Position numbers and translations under genes: made by a program. From positions 6,745-70,744 of the forward strand of contig JANQJV010000345.1 of the NCBI GenBank assembly GCA_028281465.1: DNA of 64,000 nt, read 5' to 3'. The notes below the pieces were generated by a model. The model did not search any database, was not told the DNA's origin, and was given only the letters and a program-made list of their open reading frames with translations. Within the stretch, counting starts at the first letter, position 1. Each line of letters starts with the position of its first letter. Source of the DNA: Azospirillaceae bacterium. Its GTDB lineage: Bacteria > Pseudomonadota > Alphaproteobacteria > Azospirillales > Azospirillaceae. Below are positions 1 to 9,556 of this stretch, piece after piece.

Positions 1-62
1 ATGCCGGCGGCGTTTGTGGCCGACCCTGGAACGGCCAATGATCATGGGAACGGAGGATCGGG

Positions 63-311
63 GTGATCGGAACCGGAAAGTGGATTGCCGGCGGTTTGCT
101 GGGCTTGCTTGGCATCCTGGGTTTGTTCATGTCTGCCAATGCAGCGGACGCGCAATTCTATTACTTGGGCATTGGCGTGTTCGTGACTTGCGTCGGCGCG
201 ATCATGTTGATGGTGCATACCAGCTTCAATGCGGTCGAACGGGCGGTCCACGCCCACCCGATGGCCGCTCCGTCAGGCGAATCGTCCACAGACGGCGATA
301 CCGCATTGTAA
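63..311 (+). CDS. small membrane protein, function unknown
   Basis: 82-codon ORF with a GTG start at 63, 5 nt after GGAGGA (52-57). Two hydrophobic segments (GGLLGLLGILGLF; YYLGIGVFVTCVGAIMLMV). No family recognised. Confidence 0.45.
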   Translation: MIGTGKWIAGGLLGLLGILGLFMSANAADAQFYYLGIGVFVTCVGAIMLMVHTSFNAVERAVHAHPMAAPSGESSTDGDTAL

Positions 312-351
312 TCGACGCGTTTTGCAGGGCTGCGGTGCCGCCGCCGCGGCC

Positions 352-714
352 TTAAGGGATTGCCTGCGTCGGGCTGAGTTGACCGGCCTGGGCCCCGTTA
401 TCCGGGGCCTGGCCGAAAGGCCAGAGTTGTTCCTCGAACCACCAGTCGCCGACCAGTGCGCCAATGACGACACCGCCGATGGTCACCGTGCCGCCGTTGG
501 TGACGACGTGGAACACAATGGCGCCGATCGTAGCACCGGTGATGATCGACAAGAGGTGGCCCAGGGTCATTGGCTGGTCCGCGACCGAACCGGGTTGCGA
601 CATCGGTTGGGGGGACGGTGTCGCTGGCTGTTGGGCCGACACACGCAGTCCGGCACCGAGCAGGATCGCACCTGCCACGGCCATGATCAGCAGAAGCTTC
701 AGGATTGTCGGCAT
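352..714 (-). CDS. secreted or membrane glycine-zipper protein, function unknown
   Basis: Internal ATG at 714 (MPTILKLLLIMAVAGAILLGAG...) preceded by GGGAG. Signal-peptide-like N-terminus and a Gly-rich hydrophobic C-terminal segment (IITGATIGAIVF...GGVVIGALVG). The longer track ORF (to 873) is probably not real. Confidence 0.45.
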   Translation of the reverse strand: MPTILKLLLIMAVAGAILLGAGLRVSAQQPATPSPQPMSQPGSVADQPMTLGHLLSIITGATIGAIVFHVVTNGGTVTIGGVVIGALVGDWWFEEQLWPFGQAPDNGAQAGQLSPTQAIP

Positions 715-1176
715 GGCTCGCTCCCAAAACAAGATGAACGGCGTGCCGGCGGTCCGGTCACCGGTGCTGCTCCGCCGCCCGTCCGCATTGCAACGTGCCA
801 GGTTTACCGGACTGTGTGCCGCTGGGCTATGCCTGAGGGAATGCATCTGACGCCGCTCATCCGGTGCCAGCATACGACTTTTTATCTAACTCACAGGGTA
901 ACACTGGGGGGCCGTAAACCCAAGTGCTTCCGGCTCCGAGACCGCCGGAAGCCGCGCCGTAGCGGCGTGCCTTGTATCCCCGAGGTATCCCCGAGACCCG
1001 CGGATCCAACGGTCCTGCTGCGGGCATTTGTCATGTTGCACTGCGGCATCGACACCGTTAGATTTAGAACCATTGTGAATATCGACGGCCTGCTCTCCGG
1101 CGGCCGGCCCGGCTCCGAAGGCTTGAATTCTGGGGCGCATTTATCCGCCGGTGTGCCGGCTTGGGAGGCAGCACAA

Positions 1177-1803
1177 ATGTATGACGGCATTCTATCGATG
1201 TACCGGCAGTTCGGTGAACTGTCACAGATGAATCCTGCGCAGATGTCGACGCATGTCGGCAAAATCGTGGAACTGGTTCAGCTCTCGAACAAGATGTGGC
1301 TCGAAATCATGGCTTCGGGCACCGCTGATACCGCCAAGACCATGGGTGCGTTCATGGCGTGTCGGTCCCCCATGGATGTCGTCGACGTGCAGCGTCGTCT
1401 CGTGGAAACCTCGTCTGCCCGGACTTTGGCTAATTTGCAGATATTCATGGAATTGACCGGTGTGCTTGTGAGTGGCCTCGCCATGGCGGTGCCGCCGGCC
1501 GCCGCTGCACCCGCGTATGCCCCACCGGCACCGGCTATCCCGGAACCGGCCACGGTGCAAACAGGCGTGTCGACGGCCCGCTCAACCGACGAACCGGTGG
1601 TGCCGGCTGCGGCCGTGCCGCCGGCAAAGCCGACCGGACGGACCCCGTCGCGGGCCCGGGCAACGGACGTGAAAGCGCCAGACGCCGGCAAGGTTGATGG
1701 GGCGTTGGTACCGCCGGAAACCGCGGCTGTGCCAGCCGATCCGCCGGCATCGGTATCGACCAAGACGACCGTCCGCAGCCGTAAAGCGGCGACAGCCGGT
1801 TGA
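1177..1803 (+). CDS. phasin-like (PHA granule-associated) protein with a Pro/Ala-rich C-terminal tail
   Basis: ATG at 1177 preceded by GGGAGG (1162-1167). The N-terminal ~110 aa (MYDGILSMYRQFGELSQ...CRSPMDVVDVQRRLVETSSARTLANLQIFMEL) resembles the phasin helical fold as I remember it. The C-terminal half is low-complexity P/A/T. The upstream part of track ORF 229..1803 looks non-coding. Confidence 0.5.
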   Translation: MYDGILSMYRQFGELSQMNPAQMSTHVGKIVELVQLSNKMWLEIMASGTADTAKTMGAFMACRSPMDVVDVQRRLVETSSARTLANLQIFMELTGVLVSGLAMAVPPAAAAPAYAPPAPAIPEPATVQTGVSTARSTDEPVVPAAAVPPAKPTGRTPSRARATDVKAPDAGKVDGALVPPETAAVPADPPASVSTKTTVRSRKAATAG

Positions 1804-1816
1804 GTGGGACGGTCGG

Positions 1817-2722
1817 TCAGGGGCCCCTTTCAAACGCCAGTTGGGCGGCGAGGCCATCCCGATAGGTCGGGTGGCGCAGAACAATCCCCAGATCCCGTTT
1901 CATGCGCGTGTTGCGCACGCGCTTGTTGTCGGCGTAGAAGCTGGCCGCCATCGGAGACAGCGCCGCCTCGGCGATCGGTACGAGCGGTGGCGGCGTGGTA
2001 CCCAGAAGCTCGCAAGCGTGCGCAATCACCGCGTGGCCGGGCGCGGGCTCATCGTCGCACAGATTGTAGATGGCACCAGGGTTTGGCCTGGCCATGGAGG
2101 CGGCCAGGCACTGGGCGATATCATCGACGTGGATGCGACTGAATACCTGCCCGGGCTTGTCGATGCGTCGGGCACGGCCGGCGCGCACTGTGTCGAGTGC
2201 ACTGCGTCCCGGACCGTAAATGCCTGCGAGGCGGAAGATATGGACCGGGATCCCCTTTGCCGCGCCGAGGTCTAGCCACGCGCGTTCGGCCTCGGCCCTT
2301 GCCGCCTGACGTGGTCCGGTCGGTGCGAGTGGCGTTGTTTCGTCGACCCAACCGCCACCGTGGTCCCCATAAACGCCCGTGGTTGATAGATAGCCAAGCC
2401 AGGTGAGGGTGCCATGCCGAGCTAACGCATCGCCGTGCTGGGCCAGGACCAGATCGCCGGTATCGCCGGGTGGAACACTAATCAGTGCGAACCGTGCATC
2501 GGCCAATGCCGCAAGGCCGGCCGCATCGAGCGGTCGCCCGTCGTCGAACAGGTGCGCATCAACCTCCGCAGCCCGGAGGGCGCGGCATTTCTCCACGCTC
2601 CGCGTGGTGCCCGCGATGTGCCAGCCGGCGCCTCGGCCATGCCGAGTCAACCCGGCCGCGCTGAAACCAAGACCGAAACAAAACAGGCGAACCGGCGGCT
2701 TAAGGCTGGACATGACCCTCAC
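1817..2722 (-). CDS. NAD-dependent epimerase/dehydratase (SDR family) protein
   Basis: 301-aa ORF. N-terminal Rossmann-like FCFGLGFSA, then YLSTTGVYGD and RLAGIYGPGR motifs typical of atypical SDR epimerases. Confidence 0.7.
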   Translation of the reverse strand: MRVMSSLKPPVRLFCFGLGFSAAGLTRHGRGAGWHIAGTTRSVEKCRALRAAEVDAHLFDDGRPLDAAGLAALADARFALISVPPGDTGDLVLAQHGDALARHGTLTWLGYLSTTGVYGDHGGGWVDETTPLAPTGPRQAARAEAERAWLDLGAAKGIPVHIFRLAGIYGPGRSALDTVRAGRARRIDKPGQVFSRIHVDDIAQCLAASMARPNPGAIYNLCDDEPAPGHAVIAHACELLGTTPPPLVPIAEAALSPMAASFYADNKRVRNTRMKRDLGIVLRHPTYRDGLAAQLAFERGP

Positions 2723-3026
2723 CGTGCGTCAAAAAACCGAAATGTGAGAGGAAACGTTACACACCGTCAATACATGCGTGCGACATTCGGAGATCGAAAG
2801 ACCCGGCTCGGACGGCGCTTGTTTGGTCTGCTTTCCCGGCACAGGTCGACTGCGACATCAGTGGGGACGGAACTGCCATGCGTCTCGTGTCTGCACACGC
2901 AAAAGGGCTGGCCTGTCCGCCTTGCCAGGTTGTCTGCGCGGCAGACCGGTCGATTTTCAAATGGTCGTCGCGTCGGCCCGCGCGTGGGGTCTGGGGACGT
3001 TGACCACGCAAGGCGGGATCGGACCA

Positions 3027-5906
3027 ATGCGCACAGACCCTGACATCGTTACGCCAGGTCATGGCCCCGCCACTGCGTCACCGGAGCCGGAGACTCTTGT
3101 TCAACGGTTGCGCGACGTCATTGAGCACCAACCGCAGGACGCCGATGTGCGCCAACCCTTGCTGAGGGTACTGCGGGAGGAGATGGAGGTCGGTCGCACA
3201 CACATCCGCCGTCGGTTCGAAGCCGGAGTCGACGATGGGGCGGTCTGCGTCAGCGAGCTGGCGGCACAGATGGATTCGCTGGTTGGGGCGCTGGCCGAGG
3301 TGGCTGTCCTTTCGCGCGGCGGGGGTGGCGTGGATCTGGGCGATGGCAGATTCGATATCGTGGCCACTGGCGGTTATGGCCGGGCCGAGCTGGCACCTGG
3401 CTCTGACATCGATTTGCTGTTTCTTATGCCGGGCAAGGCCAACGGTCGGTTGGAATTGGCCGTGGAAACACTCCTCTACACGCTATGGGATCTGGGACTG
3501 AAGGTCGGCCACGCCGTGCGATCGGTCGAGGATTGTCTGCGCCAGGCTAAAGCGGACATCACCATCCGGACCAACCTGTTGGAAACGCGCCTGATCTGGG
3601 GAAGCGGCACATTGTTTGCCGATTTGCAACGGCGCTTCTACCGTGACATCGTTGCCACGTCGGGGCCGGAGTTCGTTGTTCGCAAGCTGGAGGAACGCGA
3701 TAAGCGGCACCACCAACAGGGCGACAACCGCTATGTGCTCGAACCGAATGTGAAAGACAGCAAAGGTGGCCTGCGCGATCTACAAACGCTGTTCTGGATC
3801 GGCAAGTACCTATACCAAGCGGGCTCTACACGAGAGCTGGTTCGCCGGGGCGTGCTGCTGCCGGAAGAAGCGGCTCGCTTCGCCAAGGCGCAGCTTTTCC
3901 TATGGACCGTGCGATGCCATTTGCACTACCTCACAGGACGCGCCGAAGACCGGCTCACCTTCGACGTACAAGCCGAAATCGGCCGCCGCATGGGCTATAC
4001 GCGACACGCCGGTACGGCGGGCGTCGAACGGTTCATGAAGCATTATTTTTTGATTGCCAAAGATGTTGGTGATCTGACTCGTATTTTTTGTGCTGCCCTG
4101 GAGGTTGAATCGAGGCGTCCACGACGCTTTAATCTCCTTTCTCTCGGACAAGGGCGGCGCCGTGAGCTTGAGGGTTTCATCGTCGAAGGCGGGCGTCTGA
4201 ATCTGCACGCGGAAAGCCAGTTCAAGGACAACCCGATCGATACGCTCCGCCTGTTCCATGTGGCCCAGCGGCATGGGCTCGACATTCACCCGCGGGCGTT
4301 GCGGACTTTGACCCGGGCCTTGGGTGTGGTTCGGCGGCTGCGCCAGGATATCGACGCGAATCGGCTGTTCCTGGAGATGCTCACCGGTCGGCATGATCCC
4401 GAGGTGACGCTGCGGCTTATGGGCGAAGCCGGTGTGCTTGGCCGCTTTGTGCCCGATTTCGGTCGGGTTGTAGCACAGATGCAATACGACATGTATCATG
4501 CGTACACGGTCGATGCGCATACGCTGTTCTGTCTGGGTATCTTGCATCGCATCGACATGGGCGAACTGGCCGAGGATTTGCCCTTGGCGACCGAGGTGAT
4601 GGGCAAGATCGCCTCTCGGCGGGCCCTTTACGTCGCGCTCTTCCTGCACGACATCGCCAAAGGCCGCGGCGGTGATCACAGCGAACTCGGCGCCCGGGTG
4701 ACACAGAAGCTGTGCCCGCGTTTCGGTCTCAGTGACGAGGAGACCGAGACCGTCGCTTGGCTGGTGCGTCATCATCTGGCCATGTCCTTCACCGCGTTCC
4801 GACGTGACCTGGAAGACGAAGCGACGTTGCGCGATTTCGTCGAGCTTGTGCAGTCGCCGGAGCGACTGCGGCTGCTTCTGGTCCTTACGACGGCCGACAT
4901 TCGCGGTGTCGGTCCTGGTCGTTGGAACAATTGGAAAGCGACGCTGCTGGGCGACCTGTACGCCAAGGCTGAAGATCGCATGTCCGGCAGTTTCAATGCG
5001 CGGGGGCGTAGCCATCGTATCGAACTGGCCAAGCAGCGGCTGGTCGAAGCGCTGCTTGGGTGGGCGCAGGATGATGTCGAGTGGTTCCTCGGCCTCGGCT
5101 ATCCGGGCTATTGGCTTACCTTCGACCCGGCCTCGCAGGCACATCACGCCAGCATGGTCCGTGAAGCCGAGCGGTCCGGGGCCCCTTTGGCCGTGGACAC
5201 ACGGGTCGACCGCGGCCGATCGATCACGGAAGTGACCATCTACACGGCTGACCATGCTGGATTGTTCTCCCAGTTGGCTGGCGCGCTTGCTTTGAGCGGC
5301 GCCACCATTGTCGACGCACGTATCTGTACGCTGACCAATGGCAAGGCCCTTGACGTCTTTACAGTGCACGACGCCACCAATGGTGGCGCCCTGGAGAGCG
5401 GAGACAAGTTGGCGCGTTTGTCAGTGATGATCGAACAAGTGTTGTCCGGTGCATTGCGGCCATTGCATGAACTGGGAAAGCGTCGACCAACACTGCCGAG
5501 TCGCACGCGTGTGTTCAAGGTGGCGCCACGGGTGTTGATCGACAACCGTGCCAGCAACACCCACACGGTGGTCGAAGTAAACGGGTTGGACCGGCCGGGC
5601 CTGCTCTACCACGTCACCCGAACGCTGACCGCGCTCAGCCTGCAGATTTCGTCCGCCAAGGTCTCGACCTTCGGCAACAAGGCGGTCGATGTGTTTTACG
5701 TCAAGGACGTTTTTGGTCTGAAGGTGACGCACGACGGTAAGCTCCTGGAGATCCGCGAGAAACTACTGGCCGCGCTGGGCGAGCCGGGGTGCGCGCCGAT
5801 CATGCCGGGCGGTGCTGCGACCGTGCGGCTGGCAGGTCAAGGGCGCCGCGTACGCCATCGTTTGTCGAAGCGCCGGTCATCGGGACCGCCGGGCTCTGGT
5901 GGGTAG
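3027..5906 (+). CDS. glnD: [protein-PII] uridylyltransferase / uridylyl-removing enzyme
   Basis: Nucleotidyltransferase motif (GGYGRAELAPGSDIDLLFL), HD domain (LFLHDIAKGRGGDHSELG) and two C-terminal ACT-like repeats. Start chosen at ATG 3027 (MRTDPDIV); the track ORF extends to 2778. Confidence 0.9.
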   Translation: MRTDPDIVTPGHGPATASPEPETLVQRLRDVIEHQPQDADVRQPLLRVLREEMEVGRTHIRRRFEAGVDDGAVCVSELAAQMDSLVGALAEVAVLSRGGGGVDLGDGRFDIVATGGYGRAELAPGSDIDLLFLMPGKANGRLELAVETLLYTLWDLGLKVGHAVRSVEDCLRQAKADITIRTNLLETRLIWGSGTLFADLQRRFYRDIVATSGPEFVVRKLEERDKRHHQQGDNRYVLEPNVKDSKGGLRDLQTLFWIGKYLYQAGSTRELVRRGVLLPEEAARFAKAQLFLWTVRCHLHYLTGRAEDRLTFDVQAEIGRRMGYTRHAGTAGVERFMKHYFLIAKDVGDLTRIFCAALEVESRRPRRFNLLSLGQGRRRELEGFIVEGGRLNLHAESQFKDNPIDTLRLFHVAQRHGLDIHPRALRTLTRALGVVRRLRQDIDANRLFLEMLTGRHDPEVTLRLMGEAGVLGRFVPDFGRVVAQMQYDMYHAYTVDAHTLFCLGILHRIDMGELAEDLPLATEVMGKIASRRALYVALFLHDIAKGRGGDHSELGARVTQKLCPRFGLSDEETETVAWLVRHHLAMSFTAFRRDLEDEATLRDFVELVQSPERLRLLLVLTTADIRGVGPGRWNNWKATLLGDLYAKAEDRMSGSFNARGRSHRIELAKQRLVEALLGWAQDDVEWFLGLGYPGYWLTFDPASQAHHASMVREAERSGAPLAVDTRVDRGRSITEVTIYTADHAGLFSQLAGALALSGATIVDARICTLTNGKALDVFTVHDATNGGALESGDKLARLSVMIEQVLSGALRPLHELGKRRPTLPSRTRVFKVAPRVLIDNRASNTHTVVEVNGLDRPGLLYHVTRTLTALSLQISSAKVSTFGNKAVDVFYVKDVFGLKVTHDGKLLEIREKLLAALGEPGCAPIMPGGAATVRLAGQGRRVRHRLSKRRSSGPPGSGG

Positions 5907-5993
5907 GGCGCCCATGGCGCAAGCAGGCACGCGCGGTACCCCATCGAGCCTGCGAACGCTCCTCTTGCCATCCCCATCAGGATTGGAACGTGC

Positions 5994-6287
5994 ATGACGT
6001 CCGCCGGCTTCGTCGTCCTTCTGTGTATTCTCGCCCCAGGCATCACAGCCTTTCCGCGAATGCTGCGCGACGGACTGAATCCGGTTCTGGCCATCGGCTT
6101 GGCGCTTATTCTGTGTGCACTGTGGACCGTTGTGATCGGCGTGACCCTTATGGTGACCCGCTTCGGCATGATCCCGGGCATCTATTGGGTCATCCTGCTG
6201 ACCGCCGTGGTGGTGACAGAGATCCGCCGAGTTCGGCCGGCGAAGCGCTTGCCTCCGAACGACAACTACAAGGGTTTCAAGAAATGA
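5994..6287 (+). CDS. small integral membrane protein (about 3 TM), function unknown
   Basis: 97-aa ORF directly after glnD. Three hydrophobic helices and a basic C-terminal tail (RRVRPAKRLPPNDNYKGFKK). Confidence 0.45.
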   Translation: MTSAGFVVLLCILAPGITAFPRMLRDGLNPVLAIGLALILCALWTVVIGVTLMVTRFGMIPGIYWVILLTAVVVTEIRRVRPAKRLPPNDNYKGFKK

Positions 6288-6431
6288 CCGCTCGGTATCC
6301 ATGTCATCGGGTGCGGGAGTGCCAGGAGATTGGTTCGGGAGGCAATGCTATGCATCAAAACCTTTGGCATCTACCGTGTGTATGTGATAGCGATCAGATG
6401 TACGTATGGCAAGGTGGGGCGGGAGCATACA

Positions 6432-6797
6432 ATGGGTGTGCGACTGGTTTTTCGGGCGATGATCGGGATTTTGTTGGTACTAGGCATACCCGTGACCCCA
6501 GGTTTTGCGCAGCTACCGAGCAACAGCAGCATGGCGCCACCGGATGCGACCGCACCGTTCATCGACCGGGGCCTGGTAATGGGTGGGTGTGGGGTCGGCG
6601 TGGCCGTGGGCGCACTGTCGGTGGCGACCTATCCGATCTGGAAGTGGGCCAAGGATGCGGGGGCGCTGGTCAGCATGGGAGCGGTGACTTGGCGCAGTTT
6701 GCTGGGGTGCTACTACGGCCTGATCGCCGGTTTTCTCTATTCCGGGGCGAATTCGACGGCGCGCATGGTGGGCACTGCGTTCGGAGGCGGTCGTTAA
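6432..6797 (+). CDS. small Cys-containing membrane protein, paralog 1 of 3
   Basis: ATG 6432 (MGVRLVFRAMIGILLVLGIPV...) preceded by GGGAG. Signal-like N-terminus plus a two-helix core carrying C-x2-G-x4-A-x3-A-x2-P and G-C-x2-G-x3-G-x2-Y-S, with spacing identical to the next two ORFs. Confidence 0.55.
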   Translation: MGVRLVFRAMIGILLVLGIPVTPGFAQLPSNSSMAPPDATAPFIDRGLVMGGCGVGVAVGALSVATYPIWKWAKDAGALVSMGAVTWRSLLGCYYGLIAGFLYSGANSTARMVGTAFGGGR

Positions 6798-6868
6798 CCG
6801 TCTTGGCTGCCGCGGGCGGCGGTGTCCGACCATCGTCGGGTCGTCTGCAAAGGTCTGTCACCGCCGGG

Positions 6869-7321
6869 ATGTGGGCGGTGTTTTTGATGATGGCGGTTCT
6901 GGTCGGGCCCGTTGAGTTGCCGGCGGTAGCAGCGCCCGTGGCCACGGCCAAAGCGGAATTGACATCAGCCGCTCTGGAGCCCGGTTCACTTCGGCTGGTC
7001 ACCTCTGGAGTCCAACAAAGCGCCGACACTGCTGTGCCGGCGATCGACACCAACATTGTTTATCTATCTTGCATGGCCGGCGTGTCCTTGGCGGCGCTCT
7101 ATGTCGCGATGCCGCCGATTTACGACTGGACCAATTACGACGGCTGGATCCCTGGCATGTGGGCCATCGCTTCGCGCGGATTGCTCGGCTGTTATTACGG
7201 GATGGTCCTCGGGATTCTGTATTCCGGTGCGGAGTCTGGCGTTGATTCCATGCTACGGGGAGTGCAGGGTTTGTGGCCTGCCGAAACGGTGACGGTGGCT
7301 GGTCCGGGTGGGTCATCTTGA
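6869..7321 (+). CDS. small Cys-containing membrane protein, paralog 2 of 3
   Basis: C-terminal part of track ORF 5789..7321, with ATG at 6869 (MWAVFLMMAVLVG...). Core motifs ...LSCMAGVSLAALYVAMPP... and LLGCYYGMVLGILYSGA match paralog 1. Confidence 0.55.
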   Translation: MWAVFLMMAVLVGPVELPAVAAPVATAKAELTSAALEPGSLRLVTSGVQQSADTAVPAIDTNIVYLSCMAGVSLAALYVAMPPIYDWTNYDGWIPGMWAIASRGLLGCYYGMVLGILYSGAESGVDSMLRGVQGLWPAETVTVAGPGGSS

Positions 7322-7433
7322 TCGTGACCGACATCGGCGAGGCCGTTGGGTGGGTTGCCGTGCGGCACGGTCACACTGCTGCCGGAGTTACTCGCTAACG
7401 GTTCGTCATTCTTCAGCCGAGATCGGTCCCACC

Positions 7434-7895
7434 ATGCCGTCGATGCCTCTGAAATCCCACTCCGTCCGTGTCCGTCGTGCACCGTGGTACGAGTTTCCCG
7501 CGATTGTGATGGTTTTGACGATTGTTGGTGTGGCGTGGCTGCAGCCGTTCGACGTTTGGCCGTTTACGCCGGCGGGGGCTCAAGAATCCACTACGACCAA
7601 CACAGACACCGTCGTTCCGGTGCAACCGGAAGGGGGCGGAGGAACAGACTCGGAGATCATCACGGGCGAGACGATTTTCTTCAGTTGTGCCATTGGCGGC
7701 GCGGTTGGCGCGATTGCCACGGCGTTTCCACCGCTGATGGGCTGGGCCATGGTGGCGGGAGCCTTGCCGGCGGTGGCTGCGCTCCTCGTCACCTCTGGCA
7801 TAGGCTGCTCGGTCGGACTCTTCAGTGGGGTTTTCTACTCAACTGTCGTTTGGATGTCGAACGGCATCGGCGCGGCTTTCGATGCCGTGTTCTGA
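7434..7895 (+). CDS. small Cys-containing membrane protein, paralog 3 of 3
   Basis: Part of track ORF 7308..7895. The start is uncertain: ATG 7434, or the later MVLTIVG. Core FFSCAIGGAVGAIATAFPP...GIGCSVGLFSGVFYS has the same spacing as paralogs 1 and 2. Confidence 0.5.
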   Translation: MPSMPLKSHSVRVRRAPWYEFPAIVMVLTIVGVAWLQPFDVWPFTPAGAQESTTTNTDTVVPVQPEGGGGTDSEIITGETIFFSCAIGGAVGAIATAFPPLMGWAMVAGALPAVAALLVTSGIGCSVGLFSGVFYSTVVWMSNGIGAAFDAVF

Positions 7896-7946
7896 AGCAT
7901 CCGACGGAACGCTGTAACCTTTGCCATCCGATCGGTTCCTTCGACC

Positions 7947-9506
7947 ATGAGTTTTGTGCGTGCGGTCGCCACGGTGGGCGGCTTGACCATGCTCAGCCGC
8001 GTTGCTGGCTTTGTCCGCGATATTCTGACGGCCGGGATTCTTGGTGCCGGGCCAGTGGCCGATGCCTTCTTCGTAGCCTTGCGCCTGCCCAATTTTTTCC
8101 GCCGGCTGTCGGCCGAAGGATCGTTCACCGTCGCCTTTGTGCCCTTGTTTTCGGCCGAGTTGCAGCGAGACGGACACCCGGCCGCGATTCGCTTCGCGCG
8201 GGAAGCGCTGTCGGCAATGCTGGGCGTCCTGCTGCCCTTCACGGCCGTGATGATCCTGGTCATGCCTTGGGTCATCACGGTGCTAGCGCCCGGATTCGTT
8301 GACGATGTCTCGACGTTTAACACGGCCGTGGACTTGGCCCGCATCACCTTTCCCTATCTGGTGTTGATATCGGCGGTTGCCCTGCTCGGCGGTGTGCTCA
8401 ACGCGCTCGACCGGTTCGCCCCGTTTGCGGCGGTTCCGGTGTTTTTCAACGTGACGTTAATCGGTGCGCTGGTGTTGGCCCAAGTCGCCGCTTGGCCGGC
8501 CGCCGATGCCTTGGCCTGGGGTGTAACGCTGGCCGGTGTCGTACAATTGGCGTTCATGGTTTGGTGCGTCCGGCGCACGGGAACCAGCATTGTGCCCGCC
8601 TGGCCGCGCTGGACCCCCCGGATCGGCCGGCTGTTGACGCTGATGGCCCCCGGGGCGGTGGGGGCTGGCGTGCACCAGATCAGTACCTTCATCGACACGG
8701 TGCTGGCCTCGATTGTTGCGACCGGTGCCGTGAGTTATCTGTATTTCGCTGATCGACTGTATCAATTGCCGTTGGGCGTGATCGGCATCGCCATTGGCAC
8801 GGCACTCCTGCCTGTCTTGTCGCGCGCCGTGGAGGCGGGGGACGGCCGGCGTATCGAGGATTACTTCAGCCGCGCCCTGGAGTTCGGCCTCCTGCTGGCA
8901 CTACCGGCGGCGGTGGCGCTCGCGATTGCGGCCGAGCCGGTGATCCGAGTCCTCTTCGAACGCGGCGCTTGGGATGCGACGGCGACCGCTGCGACGGCAT
9001 CGGCGTTGACGGCCTATGCCATCGGCATCCCCGCTTACGTCATGGTTAAAGTGCTCAGCACCGCCTACTTCGCGCGCCAGGACACGGCCGGCCCGGTGAA
9101 GGTGGCCGTGGTCGCGACCGTCGTCAACGCCGGGCTCGGTGTGGCGCTGATCCAGGTGATGGGGCACGTCGGCATTGCGCTGGCCACCGGGCTGAGCGCT
9201 TGGTTGAATGTGGCTTTGCTCGCCTTCGGGCTGCACCGCCGCCGTCGACTGACCCTGGATTCCCGCCTTCGCCGTCGTGCGCCACGGCTCTTGATCGCCA
9301 GTGCGCTTATGGGGGGGGTCGTGGCCGGCTCGGGAATGGTGCTGGCACCGTGGCTGACCGGCCCCGAATCTGTGCGCGCCGTCGCCCTGGTCGCCCTGGT
9401 GGTCATTGGCCTGGTCAGCTATTTCGCCGCCGCCCAGCTTCTTGGCGCCACCAACCTGGCCGACCTGCGCGCGTTGCTGCGCCGTCCGGCATGGCCAATG
9501 CCGTAG
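7947..9506 (+). CDS. murJ: lipid II flippase MurJ (MviN)
   Basis: 519-aa polytopic ORF. Canonical N-terminus (GGLTMLSRVAGFVRDILTAGILGAGPVADAFFVALRLPNFFRRL). Confidence 0.9.
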   Translation: MSFVRAVATVGGLTMLSRVAGFVRDILTAGILGAGPVADAFFVALRLPNFFRRLSAEGSFTVAFVPLFSAELQRDGHPAAIRFAREALSAMLGVLLPFTAVMILVMPWVITVLAPGFVDDVSTFNTAVDLARITFPYLVLISAVALLGGVLNALDRFAPFAAVPVFFNVTLIGALVLAQVAAWPAADALAWGVTLAGVVQLAFMVWCVRRTGTSIVPAWPRWTPRIGRLLTLMAPGAVGAGVHQISTFIDTVLASIVATGAVSYLYFADRLYQLPLGVIGIAIGTALLPVLSRAVEAGDGRRIEDYFSRALEFGLLLALPAAVALAIAAEPVIRVLFERGAWDATATAATASALTAYAIGIPAYVMVKVLSTAYFARQDTAGPVKVAVVATVVNAGLGVALIQVMGHVGIALATGLSAWLNVALLAFGLHRRRRLTLDSRLRRRAPRLLIASALMGGVVAGSGMVLAPWLTGPESVRAVALVALVVIGLVSYFAAAQLLGATNLADLRALLRRPAWPMP

Positions 9507-9556
9507 AGCGGTTTCATCACATGGGGTGGATTCGAAGAAACCGCGCTAACTCCGCC

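Noticed and set aside
229-1176. N-terminal two-thirds of the 524-aa track ORF 229..1803
   Set aside because: The translation is Arg/Gly/Pro-rich with no motifs, and it overlaps better-supported small ORFs on both strands. Only the part from ATG 1177, which has a good SD, looks like a real protein.
3900-5369. 489-aa minus-strand ORF antisense to glnD. Similar long antisense or out-of-frame ORFs: 15896..17011, 16860..17873, 15636..16550, 20820..22298, 26703..27884, 22795..23655, 13406..14497, 11636..12529
   Set aside because: These are typical high-GC shadow ORFs. They have skewed Arg/Ser/Pro/Gly composition and no recognisable motifs, and each is fully overlapped by a gene with clear family signatures on the other strand or frame.
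5789-6868. Upstream part of the 510-aa ORF 5789..7321
   Set aside because: It runs out of frame across the glnD end and two better small ORFs. Only the last 150 codons (from ATG 6869) show membrane-protein character and paralogy to the neighbours.
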